This document shows, piece by piece, positions 40,817-49,376 of a DNA stretch of 64,000 nt. Source of the stretch: Acidobacteriaceae bacterium. Its GTDB lineage: Bacteria > Acidobacteriota > Terriglobia > Terriglobales > Acidobacteriaceae. A program made the position numbers and the translations under genes. The notes below the pieces were generated by a model. The model did not search any database, was not told where the DNA came from, and saw nothing but the letters and a program-made list of their open reading frames with translations. The DNA lies in NCBI GenBank assembly GCA_035482355.1, contig DATHQV010000164.1, positions 28,228 through 92,227 on the forward strand, read 5' to 3'. Each line of letters starts with the position of its first letter. Position 1 is the stretch's first letter.

Positions 40817-41956
40817 TTAAGCCACCTGGTCGTGGGCTTCGCCGAGCGTGACGCGAGCTGTCATCTTTTTGCGGCCGCGGTAGAAGGTGACGGTGAGTGA
40901 GTCGCCGGGATGGTGCTCGTTCATGATGTCGGCGAGCTCCTGGGCGTTGGTGATCGGCTGATCGTCGATGGCGACGATGAGGTCGCCTCCGACGGAGATT
41001 TTCATGTTGCCGAGGTAGGCGATCTGATTGCCGCCGCGGAGGCCGGCACGCTCGGCAGCTCCGCCGGGAGTGGTGCTTTCAATGAGGACGCCGTTACTGG
41101 CGGGCAGGCCCATTTGCTGAGCGAGATCAGAACCAATGGGGAGAATACTGATGCCGAGCGAGGGACGGCGGGAGTGTCCGTACTTCTGGAAATCGCCGAG
41201 CACCGCTTTGGCGGTATCGATGGGGATAGCGAAGCCGATGCCCGCATTTTGCTCGGCGCCATTTTGGGCAATCATCGAATTGATGCCGATGACCTCGCCG
41301 TGCGAATTGAGGAGCGGGCCGCCGGAGTTGCCGGGGTTGATGGCAGCGTCGGTCTGAATGGCGTTCTCAATGGGCGCGCCTTCGGGACCCTTGACGGAGC
41401 GGATGGCGCTGATGATGCCGGAGGTCATGGTGCCGGAGAGTCCAAAGGGATTGCCGATGGCGTAGACTTGCTGGCCGACCTGAAGATCTTTGGAGGTAGC
41501 GAGCACAGCGGGGACGAGATTCGGAGCGTTGATCTGGAGAAGGGCGAGGTCGTGAAGGCGGTCGCGGCCGATGACCTGCGCGGTGTAACGATGCTTATCG
41601 TGCGTCTGGACTTCGATGTTCCGGGCGTCGGCGATGACGTGGTAGTTGGTGAGGATGTGTCCCTGCTTGTCGAGGACGAAGCCGGAGCCCTGGCCTTCAG
41701 CGGGCACGAGACCGTAGAAGAAGTCGAGGGTGGTGGTGGTGGAGGTGATGTTGACCACCGATGGGACCACGCGTTTGTAGACGGCGATGTTGTTCAGCTC
41801 GGTTGACGTGTAGGCGGGGTCAGCGTGCGCCTCAGTGATCGTGAGGGACGAAGCGCCGCCGCCGGCGAAGCTGGCGTTGCGGAAATCGGCGTGGTGGGTG
41901 AGATACCAGAATCCTCCAACGATGAGGATCACTAACAATAGTCTGCGGAAAGTCAT
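40817..41956 (-). CDS. HtrA/DegP-family trypsin-like serine protease with PDZ domain
   Basis: GSGFVLDKQGHILTNYHV, DLALLQI, GNSGGPLLN catalytic triad contexts. C-terminal PDZ (GVLIESTTPGGAAERAGLRGGN). Confidence 0.9.
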   Translation of the reverse strand: MTFRRLLLVILIVGGFWYLTHHADFRNASFAGGGASSLTITEAHADPAYTSTELNNIAVYKRVVPSVVNITSTTTTLDFFYGLVPAEGQGSGFVLDKQGHILTNYHVIADARNIEVQTHDKHRYTAQVIGRDRLHDLALLQINAPNLVPAVLATSKDLQVGQQVYAIGNPFGLSGTMTSGIISAIRSVKGPEGAPIENAIQTDAAINPGNSGGPLLNSHGEVIGINSMIAQNGAEQNAGIGFAIPIDTAKAVLGDFQKYGHSRRPSLGISILPIGSDLAQQMGLPASNGVLIESTTPGGAAERAGLRGGNQIAYLGNMKISVGGDLIVAIDDQPITNAQELADIMNEHHPGDSLTVTFYRGRKKMTARVTLGEAHDQVA

Positions 41957-42054
41957 AGTGGTTGTAGATCAGGATTTCGGGCGCGGCACGGATACGGAAG
42001 AGGAACGCGTGGGCGCGGGCCGATCCTGCACCTTTCATTGTATCGGCTGATGGT

Positions 42055-42711
42055 TTAAACGCAGGCGGCGGCGCGAAGTTCCGTGGCTATGGCTCCGACC
42101 TGCTGAATGGTGGCCGCGAGCGGGCCGGAATTATCGATGACATAGTCGGCACGGGCGATTTTGGCGGCGTCGGGGATTTGAGCGGCGAGGCGGGAGCGGG
42201 CATCGCGTTCGGCGCGTTCGCGTTGTTCCGGCGTGGCGCCGGCGGGAAGGATGCGGGCGAGGAAGCGCCGGATTTTGAGGTCATCCGGCGCGGTGACGAG
42301 GAGAACGCGATCGAAGCGCTTGCGCCACTCGGGAACGGTGCCACCGGCTTCGGCTTCGAAGATGAGGGCGGATTCGACCATGACAATGGCGTGGGGATCG
42401 CGCGCGAAGATCTCCTGGGCGAGGCGCTCCTGTTCGGCGATGACGGGGGGATGGACGATGCGGTTGAGCTCGTCGAGGCGGCCGTCGTTGAAGGCAAGAG
42501 CGGCGAGGCGTCCACGATCGAGGGCGCCATCGGCGCGAACGACGGAGGGACCGAAGTGTTCAGCGATGGACTGATAGACGGCGTGGCCAGGCTGCATCTG
42601 CTCGCGCGCGATGGCGTCGGCTTCGAGCACGTGCACGCCGTGTTCTCGAAACATTGCGGCGACGGTGGATTTGCCGCTGCCGAGTCCGCCGGTGAGTCCT
42701 GCGCGTAGCAT
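42055..42711 (-). CDS. coaE: dephospho-CoA kinase
   Basis: MLRAGLTGGLGSGKSTVA P-loop at the ATG at 42711, with GGAG upstream. The longer 42834 start was rejected. Confidence 0.9.
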   Translation of the reverse strand: MLRAGLTGGLGSGKSTVAAMFREHGVHVLEADAIAREQMQPGHAVYQSIAEHFGPSVVRADGALDRGRLAALAFNDGRLDELNRIVHPPVIAEQERLAQEIFARDPHAIVMVESALIFEAEAGGTVPEWRKRFDRVLLVTAPDDLKIRRFLARILPAGATPEQRERAERDARSRLAAQIPDAAKIARADYVIDNSGPLAATIQQVGAIATELRAAACV

Positions 42712-42797
42712 GCGTCTCCGTTGGGAAGGAATCGTTCGTTGTGATTGTAAGGCGGAGGGGCGGGAGAAGCGGAACGGAAGCACGCGTGACGGCGTAA

Positions 42798-42962
42798 TTA
42801 GTGGCGATGCATCAGAGGCGTAACGAAGGCCCACGCGATCGCGATGGCGACGAGCATGGCGAAGAAAATGACGAAGAGCATGAGGCCCCAGGAGGGTCCG
42901 GGATGGGTTCGGCGCGGTTCGGATGGATGGGGCGGGCCGGGAAGGTTTTCAGGATCGGGCAT
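42798..42962 (-). CDS. possible 54-aa single-TM protein
   Basis: MPDPENLPGPPHPSEPRRTHPGPSWGLMLFVIFFAMLVAIAIAWAFVTPLMHRH. Clean hydrophobic helix but no clear RBS. Below the ORF-track cut-off. Confidence 0.3.
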   Translation of the reverse strand: MPDPENLPGPPHPSEPRRTHPGPSWGLMLFVIFFAMLVAIAIAWAFVTPLMHRH

Positions 42963-43162
42963 TAATTTCAGTGTACGGCGAGCAAATATTGCAAGGAGTT
43001 GGCAAAGCAGGGACGTCGAGGAAAAATGCGCGGCAATCGCAGGAGGATTTGCAACACTAATTCCGGGAAGTTGTGTCTAATCGAACGAAGGCAAGGAAGT
43101 CGTGGTGAGCGGGAAGGCTTCGACGGATGGAAGCGGACCGCTGGTGGACACCCGGAGACGAC

Positions 43163-43405
43163 ATGACGAGCGACAGCAGGATCGAGAAATTCCCAGTAGG
43201 CGAGCTGGTGGGATTGCGCACGGAACTTCTGCAGTCGGGCGTTGATTCGTTCCAGGCGGCGGAACTGGTGACGGCCTTTCTGTCGGGGCGCGGCTACGGC
43301 GTGGATTCGACGGTGGTGCGCGAGGCGGTGGTGCGCCTCGAGGGAAATGCGTGCCCGATCGAGTGCATGCAGCAGGAGCTGGAGCGCATCGCATACGTCA
43401 TGTAA
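43163..43405 (+). CDS. hypothetical small protein (80 aa)
   Basis: ORF only. No motif recognised. Confidence 0.4.
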   Translation: MTSDSRIEKFPVGELVGLRTELLQSGVDSFQAAELVTAFLSGRGYGVDSTVVREAVVRLEGNACPIECMQQELERIAYVM

Positions 43406-43763
43406 GTAAAGGGGAAAAAGCCAAAAGCCCTGTGCTCAAACGTTAAAGTCCGTTGAGCGGCAGAATATTTCTGCATCTAATTCCCGTCTCATACGTCCAA
43501 CACAACATAGGAGTACTGGGTCGCACCAGTCTTCGTTTCTCGATTCTGAGACGGAGGACAAATGGTGCGATCTGCGGGGCGGAACCACGTCGTCTTCCGC
43601 CGGCGCGCCTGCGCCGAAACTCAGACCTTGACCAGAGGAACGTGAGAGCTGGGCCGTAGTTTGCGGTGGCCGCAGCGAACGCAGAACCTCGTCTGGAAGA
43701 CCAAGCTGAGCAATAACGGAACTGAGGATGCGGCAGGCGCATATCCATAAAGGAGTTTTCCTG

Positions 43764-44366
43764 ATGCGATTCACATCTTTGAAGAATGTTTCTATGAGCC
43801 TCGCTGTGATCTCGTTGTTGTCCGCAGGTGTAGCGTCGGCGCAGTCCCTGGCAGGCGTGAACACGCAACTGGTGAAGCCGCTGGATTCAGAAACGGCAAC
43901 AGCGGGACAGGCCGTGGCGGTGAAACTGAACAGTGGCGTGAAGACGCCGGACGGCGTGAAGTTGCCGCGCGGCACGGAACTGATTGGCAAAGTGACGGCG
44001 GTGACTCCGGCGCAGAAAGGCAGCGCGTCGAGCGTGACCATCGTGTTCACCGAAGCGCAGCTGAAGGGCGGCAAGCAGATTCCGGTGAAGGCGACGCTGC
44101 TGGCGGCGTATCCGGCGAGCGAAGCGATCGAAGCGCAGTACTCCGACTCGACGATGGATACGGTGGCCGACCATGTGGGGAGCGACCACACCGTGGATCA
44201 GGAGCCGGGCGCGTTGCCGGGCGTGACCCTGAAGGCAGCCGTGCAGGATGCGAACTCGGGAACGTTCTCGAAGGCGGATGGGAACTTTAAGCTGACGGCG
44301 GGAACGTATTTGCAGATTGGCGTGGCGCAGGCATCGGCCAGCAACTCGACGAGCGCGGCAGAATAA
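43764..44366 (+). CDS. secreted protein of unknown function, paralog 1
   Basis: AAGGAG RBS and signal peptide MRFTSLKNVSMSLAVISLLSAGVASAQ. Shares blocks with 44681-45349 (GVKLxRGTxLxGxVT, VFTxAQLKxGKQIPVKxTLL, NSGTFxKxDGNxxLxxGTYxQ). Confidence 0.7.
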   Translation: MRFTSLKNVSMSLAVISLLSAGVASAQSLAGVNTQLVKPLDSETATAGQAVAVKLNSGVKTPDGVKLPRGTELIGKVTAVTPAQKGSASSVTIVFTEAQLKGGKQIPVKATLLAAYPASEAIEAQYSDSTMDTVADHVGSDHTVDQEPGALPGVTLKAAVQDANSGTFSKADGNFKLTAGTYLQIGVAQASASNSTSAAE

Positions 44367-44401
44367 GCGAACCGTATTTGTAACATCTCCTGTGACAACA
44401 T

Positions 44402-44433
44402 GGGCCGTCCTGCGGGGCGGCCCTCTTTTTTTT
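44402..44433 (+). terminator. intrinsic terminator after paralog 1
   Basis: 9-bp stem GGGCCGTCC / GGGGCGGCCC-type hairpin with a TGCG loop, followed by TCTTTTTTTT. Confidence 0.8.
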
Positions 44434-44680
44434 GCGCGCCGGATCCGGAGTGAGTGAAACTTTTTGTAAGTTGCAGGAAAGCCGCATATTCATTGACTGC
44501 CAGAGCAAAAATAATCGTCGCGGCGTGCGCGGATTTCTGCGACCAACGCAGTGCAGGCGGCGTCGAATCAGACAGAGGGCGAACGTTGGACTGAATGCAG
44601 GATTAGCGGTTCGCTGCACGACGCGCGGAGTTGTTTACGCTGTGCGAATAGTCATTGTTTTTGCGGTAAAGGAGTGAAGT

Positions 44681-45349
44681 ATGCAGTTCGGAACATCTTT
44701 GAGAAACTTTTCGCTGGGGCTGGCGACAGCCTCGTTAATTTTTGCGAGCACGGCGCTGGCGCAGACGACAGACGCGGCGCGGTCGGCGAATCAAACAGAT
44801 CAGGCGGAGGCTGCATCCGGCCAAACCTGGAATCTGGTCGGCGCAAACGCGCGTCTCGACCAGGTGCTGGATACGAAATCTGCGAAGCAGGGTGAAGTGG
44901 TGACGGCGCGGCTGGATGGCAGCGTGACGACCACGGGAGGAGTCAAGCTGGAGCGCGGGACGCATCTGACGGGGACGGTGACACGAGTGGAACAGTCCGC
45001 AAACCGGGGGCCTTCGAGCCTGACTCTGGTATTCACGACGGCGCAGTTGAAGGATGGCAAGCAGATTCCGGTGAAGGTGACGCTGCTGAGCGCGTTTCCG
45101 GCGAGTGCCAACAGCCTGGTCTCCTATGGCGAGGATGAAATGGGGCAGGCGCCGAGCCACGTGAACAGTCAACAGGCGATCGATCAGGAAGCCGGCCTCC
45201 TGAACAACATCTCAATGACGAGCCGTGTGCAGGGGCAGAACTCCGGCACGTTTACGAAGAAGGATGGAAATCTGACCCTGGCGCCGGGCACGTACTTCCA
45301 GCTCGCCATTGCTCCGACGAATGGGAATGCGACCAGCGTCGGCGAGTGA
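44681..45349 (+). CDS. secreted protein of unknown function, paralog 2
   Basis: AAGGAG RBS, signal peptide MQFGTSLRNFSLGLATASLIFASTALAQ. Collinear similarity to paralog 1. Confidence 0.7.
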   Translation: MQFGTSLRNFSLGLATASLIFASTALAQTTDAARSANQTDQAEAASGQTWNLVGANARLDQVLDTKSAKQGEVVTARLDGSVTTTGGVKLERGTHLTGTVTRVEQSANRGPSSLTLVFTTAQLKDGKQIPVKVTLLSAFPASANSLVSYGEDEMGQAPSHVNSQQAIDQEAGLLNNISMTSRVQGQNSGTFTKKDGNLTLAPGTYFQLAIAPTNGNATSVGE

Positions 45350-45371
45350 GCGCTGATTCGCGAATCGCAGG

Positions 45372-45409
45372 AAAAAAGGCCGCTCCGAAGGGAGCGGCCT
45401 TTTTGTTTT
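45372..45409. terminator. bidirectional intrinsic terminator between paralog 2 and frr
   Basis: AAAAAA-GGCCGCTCC-GAAG-GGAGCGGCC-TTTTTGTTTT. 9-bp GC stem flanked by an A-run and a T-run. Confidence 0.85.
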
Positions 45410-45427
45410 CGGCAGAGAGGGCGCAGG

Positions 45428-46015
45428 TCAGATCTGCATGACTTCGACTTCCTTCTTTTTGGCCATCTCCTCCATTTTTTTGATTTCGTCGTCGGTGAGC
45501 TTCTGGATTTCTTCGAGACAGCGCTTCTCTTCGTCTTCGGAGATTTTCTTTTCCTTCGCGGCTTTTTTGATGAGGTCGTTGCCGTCACGGCGGATGTTGC
45601 GCACAGCGGTGCGGTGATCTTCAAGGACGCGATGGAGGTGCTTAACGACTTCGCGGCGGCGCTCCTCGGTCATGGGCGGGACGGGGACGCGAACGATTTT
45701 GCCGTCGTTATTGGGATTGAAGCCGAGGTCGGAGGTGCGCAGAGATTTCTCGATTTCGACGATGAGGCTGGCGTCCCACGGCTGGATCACGATGAGGTTG
45801 GGGTCAGGCGTGGTGATCTGGCCGACCTGATTGAGCGGAGTGGGGGTGCCGTAGTTGTCGACCTTGACCTGGTCGAGCATGTGGATGGAGGCGCGGCCGG
45901 TGCGGATGGAACCGAGGTTGGTCTGGAAATCCAGCACAGCTTTGTCCATGCGGGTGCGGAGCTGTGCGGAATCAGCTTTGAGGGCAGGCAGTGTCGCCAT
46001 TAGAGATGGTGCCAT
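45428..46015 (-). CDS. frr: ribosome recycling factor
   Basis: RMDKAVLDFQTNLGSIRTGRASIHMLDQVKVDNYGTPTPLNQVGQITTPDPNLIVIQPWD. AAGGA RBS upstream of the ATG at 46015. Confidence 0.95.
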   Translation of the reverse strand: MAPSLMATLPALKADSAQLRTRMDKAVLDFQTNLGSIRTGRASIHMLDQVKVDNYGTPTPLNQVGQITTPDPNLIVIQPWDASLIVEIEKSLRTSDLGFNPNNDGKIVRVPVPPMTEERRREVVKHLHRVLEDHRTAVRNIRRDGNDLIKKAAKEKKISEDEEKRCLEEIQKLTDDEIKKMEEMAKKKEVEVMQI

Positions 46016-46072
46016 GGTGGTTATCCTTCTTGATTAGTGCTCAAAACAGGTATTGTACGCGCCGGAGGCGGG

Positions 46073-47011
46073 TTACATCACGATGCGAACGCCGGAGCCC
46101 TGGGCGGAATCGCTCTGTTCGTGGGCGTGGTAGCTGGAGCGGACGAGGGGCCCGGATTCGACGTGGCGGAAGCCCATGCCGAGGGCTTCGCGCTTCATGA
46201 AGGCGAACTCGTCAGGGGTGTAGTAGCGCGCGATGGGGAGATGGTCTTTGGAGGGGCGGAGATATTGCCCGATGGTGAGGACGTTGACGCCGACCTGGGC
46301 GAGGTCGCGGAAAACCTGGAGTAGCTCGTCCATCTCTTCGCCAAGGCCGACCATGACGCCGGATTTTGTAACCGTGGCGGGATCAATTTCCTTGGCGCAC
46401 TGGAGCAGGCGGAGGGTGCGCTCGTAGCGGGCACCGGAGCGGACCACGCGATAGAGGCGCGGAACCGATTCGGTGTTGTGGTCGAGGATTTCGGGGCGGG
46501 CTTCGACGACCATGCGAATGGCTTCTTCGTTGCCCTGGAAGTCGGGGATGAGGACTTCGACCTGGCACCCGGGTGCCTGGCGGCGAATTTCTTCGATGAC
46601 CTGGACGAAGGCGCGGGCACCGCCGAGGATATCGTCGTCGCGATTGACGCTGGTGATGACGGCGAATTTGAGGCCGAGGGCGGCGACGGCTTCAGCGACG
46701 CGGCGAGGCTCATCGAAGTCGATGGGATCGGGACGGCCTTTGGGTACGGCGCAGAAACCGCAGCGGCGAGTGCAGAGATTGCCGAGCATCATGAAGGTGG
46801 CGGTGCGGTGGTGCCAGCACTCGCCGATGTTGGGGCACTGTGCGGATTCGCAGACGGTGTTGAGGTTGAGGGAGCGGGCCAGCTTCTTGAGGTCGTGGTA
46901 ATTGTCGCCCATGGGGGCGCGGGCGCGGAGCCATTCGGGCTTGGCGACGGCGCGGCGGGGCGCGAGGTCGATCTGGATGAGGTCCACGGCGGGATTCGGG
47001 CTGGCGGCCAT
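46073..47011 (-). CDS. lipA: lipoyl synthase
   Basis: CESAQCPNIGECW and the radical-SAM motif CTRRCGFCAV. Confidence 0.95.
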   Translation of the reverse strand: MAASPNPAVDLIQIDLAPRRAVAKPEWLRARAPMGDNYHDLKKLARSLNLNTVCESAQCPNIGECWHHRTATFMMLGNLCTRRCGFCAVPKGRPDPIDFDEPRRVAEAVAALGLKFAVITSVNRDDDILGGARAFVQVIEEIRRQAPGCQVEVLIPDFQGNEEAIRMVVEARPEILDHNTESVPRLYRVVRSGARYERTLRLLQCAKEIDPATVTKSGVMVGLGEEMDELLQVFRDLAQVGVNVLTIGQYLRPSKDHLPIARYYTPDEFAFMKREALGMGFRHVESGPLVRSSYHAHEQSDSAQGSGVRIVM

Positions 47012-47034
47012 CTCTCTTATTTTAGCGAATCAGC

Positions 47035-47475
47035 GTGAACGGACGCGATATACCCTTGAGCGTGCGGAAGATTGTGCTGCTTACGGTGGCGGGGCTGGCG
47101 AGTGCTTACGGCTCGTGGTTTGGCGTGGCCAGTTGGGTGCGCGTGGGGGAACAACATACGCCGCCGGTGCTGATGCTGTTCTATTGCCTGTTTCCGGCGC
47201 TGAGCCTGGTGATTTTCCTGAGCTACTTTTCGGCGCCGCGGGTGGGCGTGGTGCTCGCGTGGCTGAGCCTGACGGGTAGCTTCGTGGCCTCGTATCTGGT
47301 GCGGCTGATGGATTGCGTCCGGCATACGTGCACGACGGCGGATTCGCTGCGCGTGGGATGGGGGACGCTGACCGAGGCGCGGCATTTGTGGGTGCTGAGT
47401 GTGGCAGCGTTCTGCCTCCTGCTGGATTACACGGCCCCGGCGAGCGCTGCGCCGGTGGTTCGGGATCCGGAATAA
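47035..47475 (+). CDS. hypothetical membrane protein
   Basis: 146-aa ORF with four hydrophobic helices. No motif recognised. Confidence 0.5.
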   Translation: MNGRDIPLSVRKIVLLTVAGLASAYGSWFGVASWVRVGEQHTPPVLMLFYCLFPALSLVIFLSYFSAPRVGVVLAWLSLTGSFVASYLVRLMDCVRHTCTTADSLRVGWGTLTEARHLWVLSVAAFCLLLDYTAPASAAPVVRDPE

Positions 47476-47486
47476 CAGCGCGGGAC

Positions 47487-48383
47487 CTAGTCGGGGACGG
47501 TGGTGGGATGGGTCCATGCGCGGGCATTGTTCGAGGCGTGAACGGCAATGTAGACGCCGGAGACGATGATGAGGATCGCGCCGAGGATGGTCGAGAGCGC
47601 CGGCATCTGATTCCAGACAAAATACGAAACCACAGCGCCGGTGACCAGTTGCGTGTAGTGGAACTGGGAGACGTTGGCGGCGGTGGTGTGCTTGAGGGCG
47701 AAGAAGAAGCAGAGGCTTCCGATGGAGCAGAGCAGGCCCATGGCCACCAGCAACGCGAGGTTGCGGCCGGTGAGGGGAACGGGATGGCTGAGAGTGAGCG
47801 AGAATCCGACGATGGCCATGACGGCGGCGGAGAAGAGGGTGAGGCTTTCCGGCGTTTCCGTTTGGGTGAGGACGCGGGACCAGACGATGTTGAGGGAGAA
47901 GCAGGCGACGCAGCCCATGCAGGCGGCGTAGCCGATCCAGTCGGCCTGGCGGGAACTGCCCCATGGATGGACGGCGATGACGACTCCGGCAAATCCAATG
48001 AGGATGGCGAGGGCTTTGGGCCAGGTCATGCGTTCGCGCAGCAGAAAGGGCGAGAGCAGCGCGACGACGATGGGCGCGAGGAAGATGAGGATGTAGAAGA
48101 GGGTGAGCGTGAGGTGGCGCAGCGCGATGATGACACAGATGTTGTTGCCGAGGTCGAGGGCGGAGCGGAGGAATTGAGGGCCAAGCTTTCGGGGACGCAG
48201 AGCGCGGAGGTCGCGACGAATGAGGGCGTGGGCGGTCATGAAGAACGCCATGAAGAGGCCGAGGAAGGCGAGGATTTCGAAGGACGGCAGATGGGATTGG
48301 TTGACGAGCTTGATGGCGGTGTCCGTGAAGACCCAGAGGGTGAAGCCGGCAAAGGCGAGGGTCGTGGCCCGAAGATGGGTCAT
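47487..48383 (-). CDS. DMT superfamily (EamA-like) transporter
   Basis: 298 aa, 10 TM segments in two EamA-like halves. Its start overlaps the purN stop by 4 nt. Confidence 0.85.
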   Translation of the reverse strand: MTHLRATTLAFAGFTLWVFTDTAIKLVNQSHLPSFEILAFLGLFMAFFMTAHALIRRDLRALRPRKLGPQFLRSALDLGNNICVIIALRHLTLTLFYILIFLAPIVVALLSPFLLRERMTWPKALAILIGFAGVVIAVHPWGSSRQADWIGYAACMGCVACFSLNIVWSRVLTQTETPESLTLFSAAVMAIVGFSLTLSHPVPLTGRNLALLVAMGLLCSIGSLCFFFALKHTTAANVSQFHYTQLVTGAVVSYFVWNQMPALSTILGAILIIVSGVYIAVHASNNARAWTHPTTVPD

Positions 48384-48985
48384 GATTTCGGAAAATAGCG
48401 GCGGCCGGTAATTTCAAAGCGGCCGGACAAGACGCGGGCGATGGCTTCCACGTAGGCGAGGTGTTCCTGCTCCAGAATGCGTTCGGCCAGGGTGTGCGCG
48501 TCGTCGGTTGAGAGGACGGGGATCGAGCGTTGCAGGATGATGACGCCGTGGTCGAGTTGCTCGTCGACGAAGTGGACCGTGCAGCCGGCGACCTGGACGC
48601 CATAGTCGAAGGCCTGGGTTTGCGCGTCGAGGCCGGGGAAGGCGGGGAGCAGCGAAGGGTGAATATTGAGAATGCGCTGCGGGAATGCCTGGATGAATCC
48701 TGGAGAGAGCAGGCGCATGTAGCCGGCGAGGCAGACCAGGTCGACGGCGTGGTCGTGGAGGCAGGCGATGATTTCGGCGTCGTGCTCGGCGCGCTTGCGT
48801 CCGTTGGCGGGGATGGCGATGGCGTTGAGGCCGCGCACGCGGGCGGCGTCGAGGCCGGGGGCGTCGGGGATGTTGGAGATGACTACGGCGATTTGGGCGT
48901 TGGGAATCTTGCCGGCATCGATGGCGTCAGCGATGGCGAGGAAGTTGGAGCCGCGACCGGAGAGGAGGATGCCCAGGTTATGCAT
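48380..48985 (-). CDS. purN: phosphoribosylglycinamide formyltransferase
   Basis: LSGRGSNFLAI, LAGYMRLL, NIHPSLLPAFPG, GCTVHFVDEQLDHGVII. Confidence 0.95.
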   Translation of the reverse strand: MHNLGILLSGRGSNFLAIADAIDAGKIPNAQIAVVISNIPDAPGLDAARVRGLNAIAIPANGRKRAEHDAEIIACLHDHAVDLVCLAGYMRLLSPGFIQAFPQRILNIHPSLLPAFPGLDAQTQAFDYGVQVAGCTVHFVDEQLDHGVIILQRSIPVLSTDDAHTLAERILEQEHLAYVEAIARVLSGRFEITGRRYFPKS

Positions 48986-49355
48986 GGGACGGGTCTCTTT
49001 GGGCAGCAGCGGACTTCAAATATACCTGCCGAACGGGGTCGACCCATAGAAGGACCCCATCTACTGCCAGCGCGAGCAAGCCGAGCTCTATATTCACGTA
49101 GCAGAGCGCCGCCAGGCCAATCAACGCATTGACAACCAAAGCAAAAAACCAGCTGCGCCTGCTGCCGCGTCGCAGCCACAGAGACGCAACCGCGCTCAGA
49201 ATGACGGCAGGCAGAAACATTACTGAGGCGATCCAGAGTGAACGCGGGAAGTGACCCCACGCGAGGGTCCAGATTATCCACAATACGCACGCGTAACCCG
49301 TGATGAGACTCTGCGCCACAACAGCTGCGATTACCGGGGAAGGTCGAGCGGCCAT
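48978..49355 (-). CDS. hypothetical membrane protein (125 aa) between purM and purN
   Basis: Four TM helices. Its 3' end overlaps the purN start by 8 nt. Confidence 0.55.
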   Translation of the reverse strand: MAARPSPVIAAVVAQSLITGYACVLWIIWTLAWGHFPRSLWIASVMFLPAVILSAVASLWLRRGSRRSWFFALVVNALIGLAALCYVNIELGLLALAVDGVLLWVDPVRQVYLKSAAAQRDPSHA

Positions 49356-49376
49356 CGGATCCTCAGCGCAGAAAAA

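Noticed and set aside
42844-43080. 78-aa plus-strand ORF
   Set aside because: No RBS or motif. It is antisense to the more plausible (though still weak) 54-aa TM ORF.
43441-43460. The AAAGTCCG string, reminiscent of the RNase P RNA conserved GGAAAGUCCGGGC
   Set aside because: Only 7-8 nt match and none of the other universally conserved RNase P elements are nearby.
47017-48603. 528-aa minus-strand ORF spanning the membrane-protein, EamA and purN region
   Set aside because: It is out of frame with the clearly recognisable EamA and purN genes on the same strand. The translation is His/Arg/Pro-rich nonsense.
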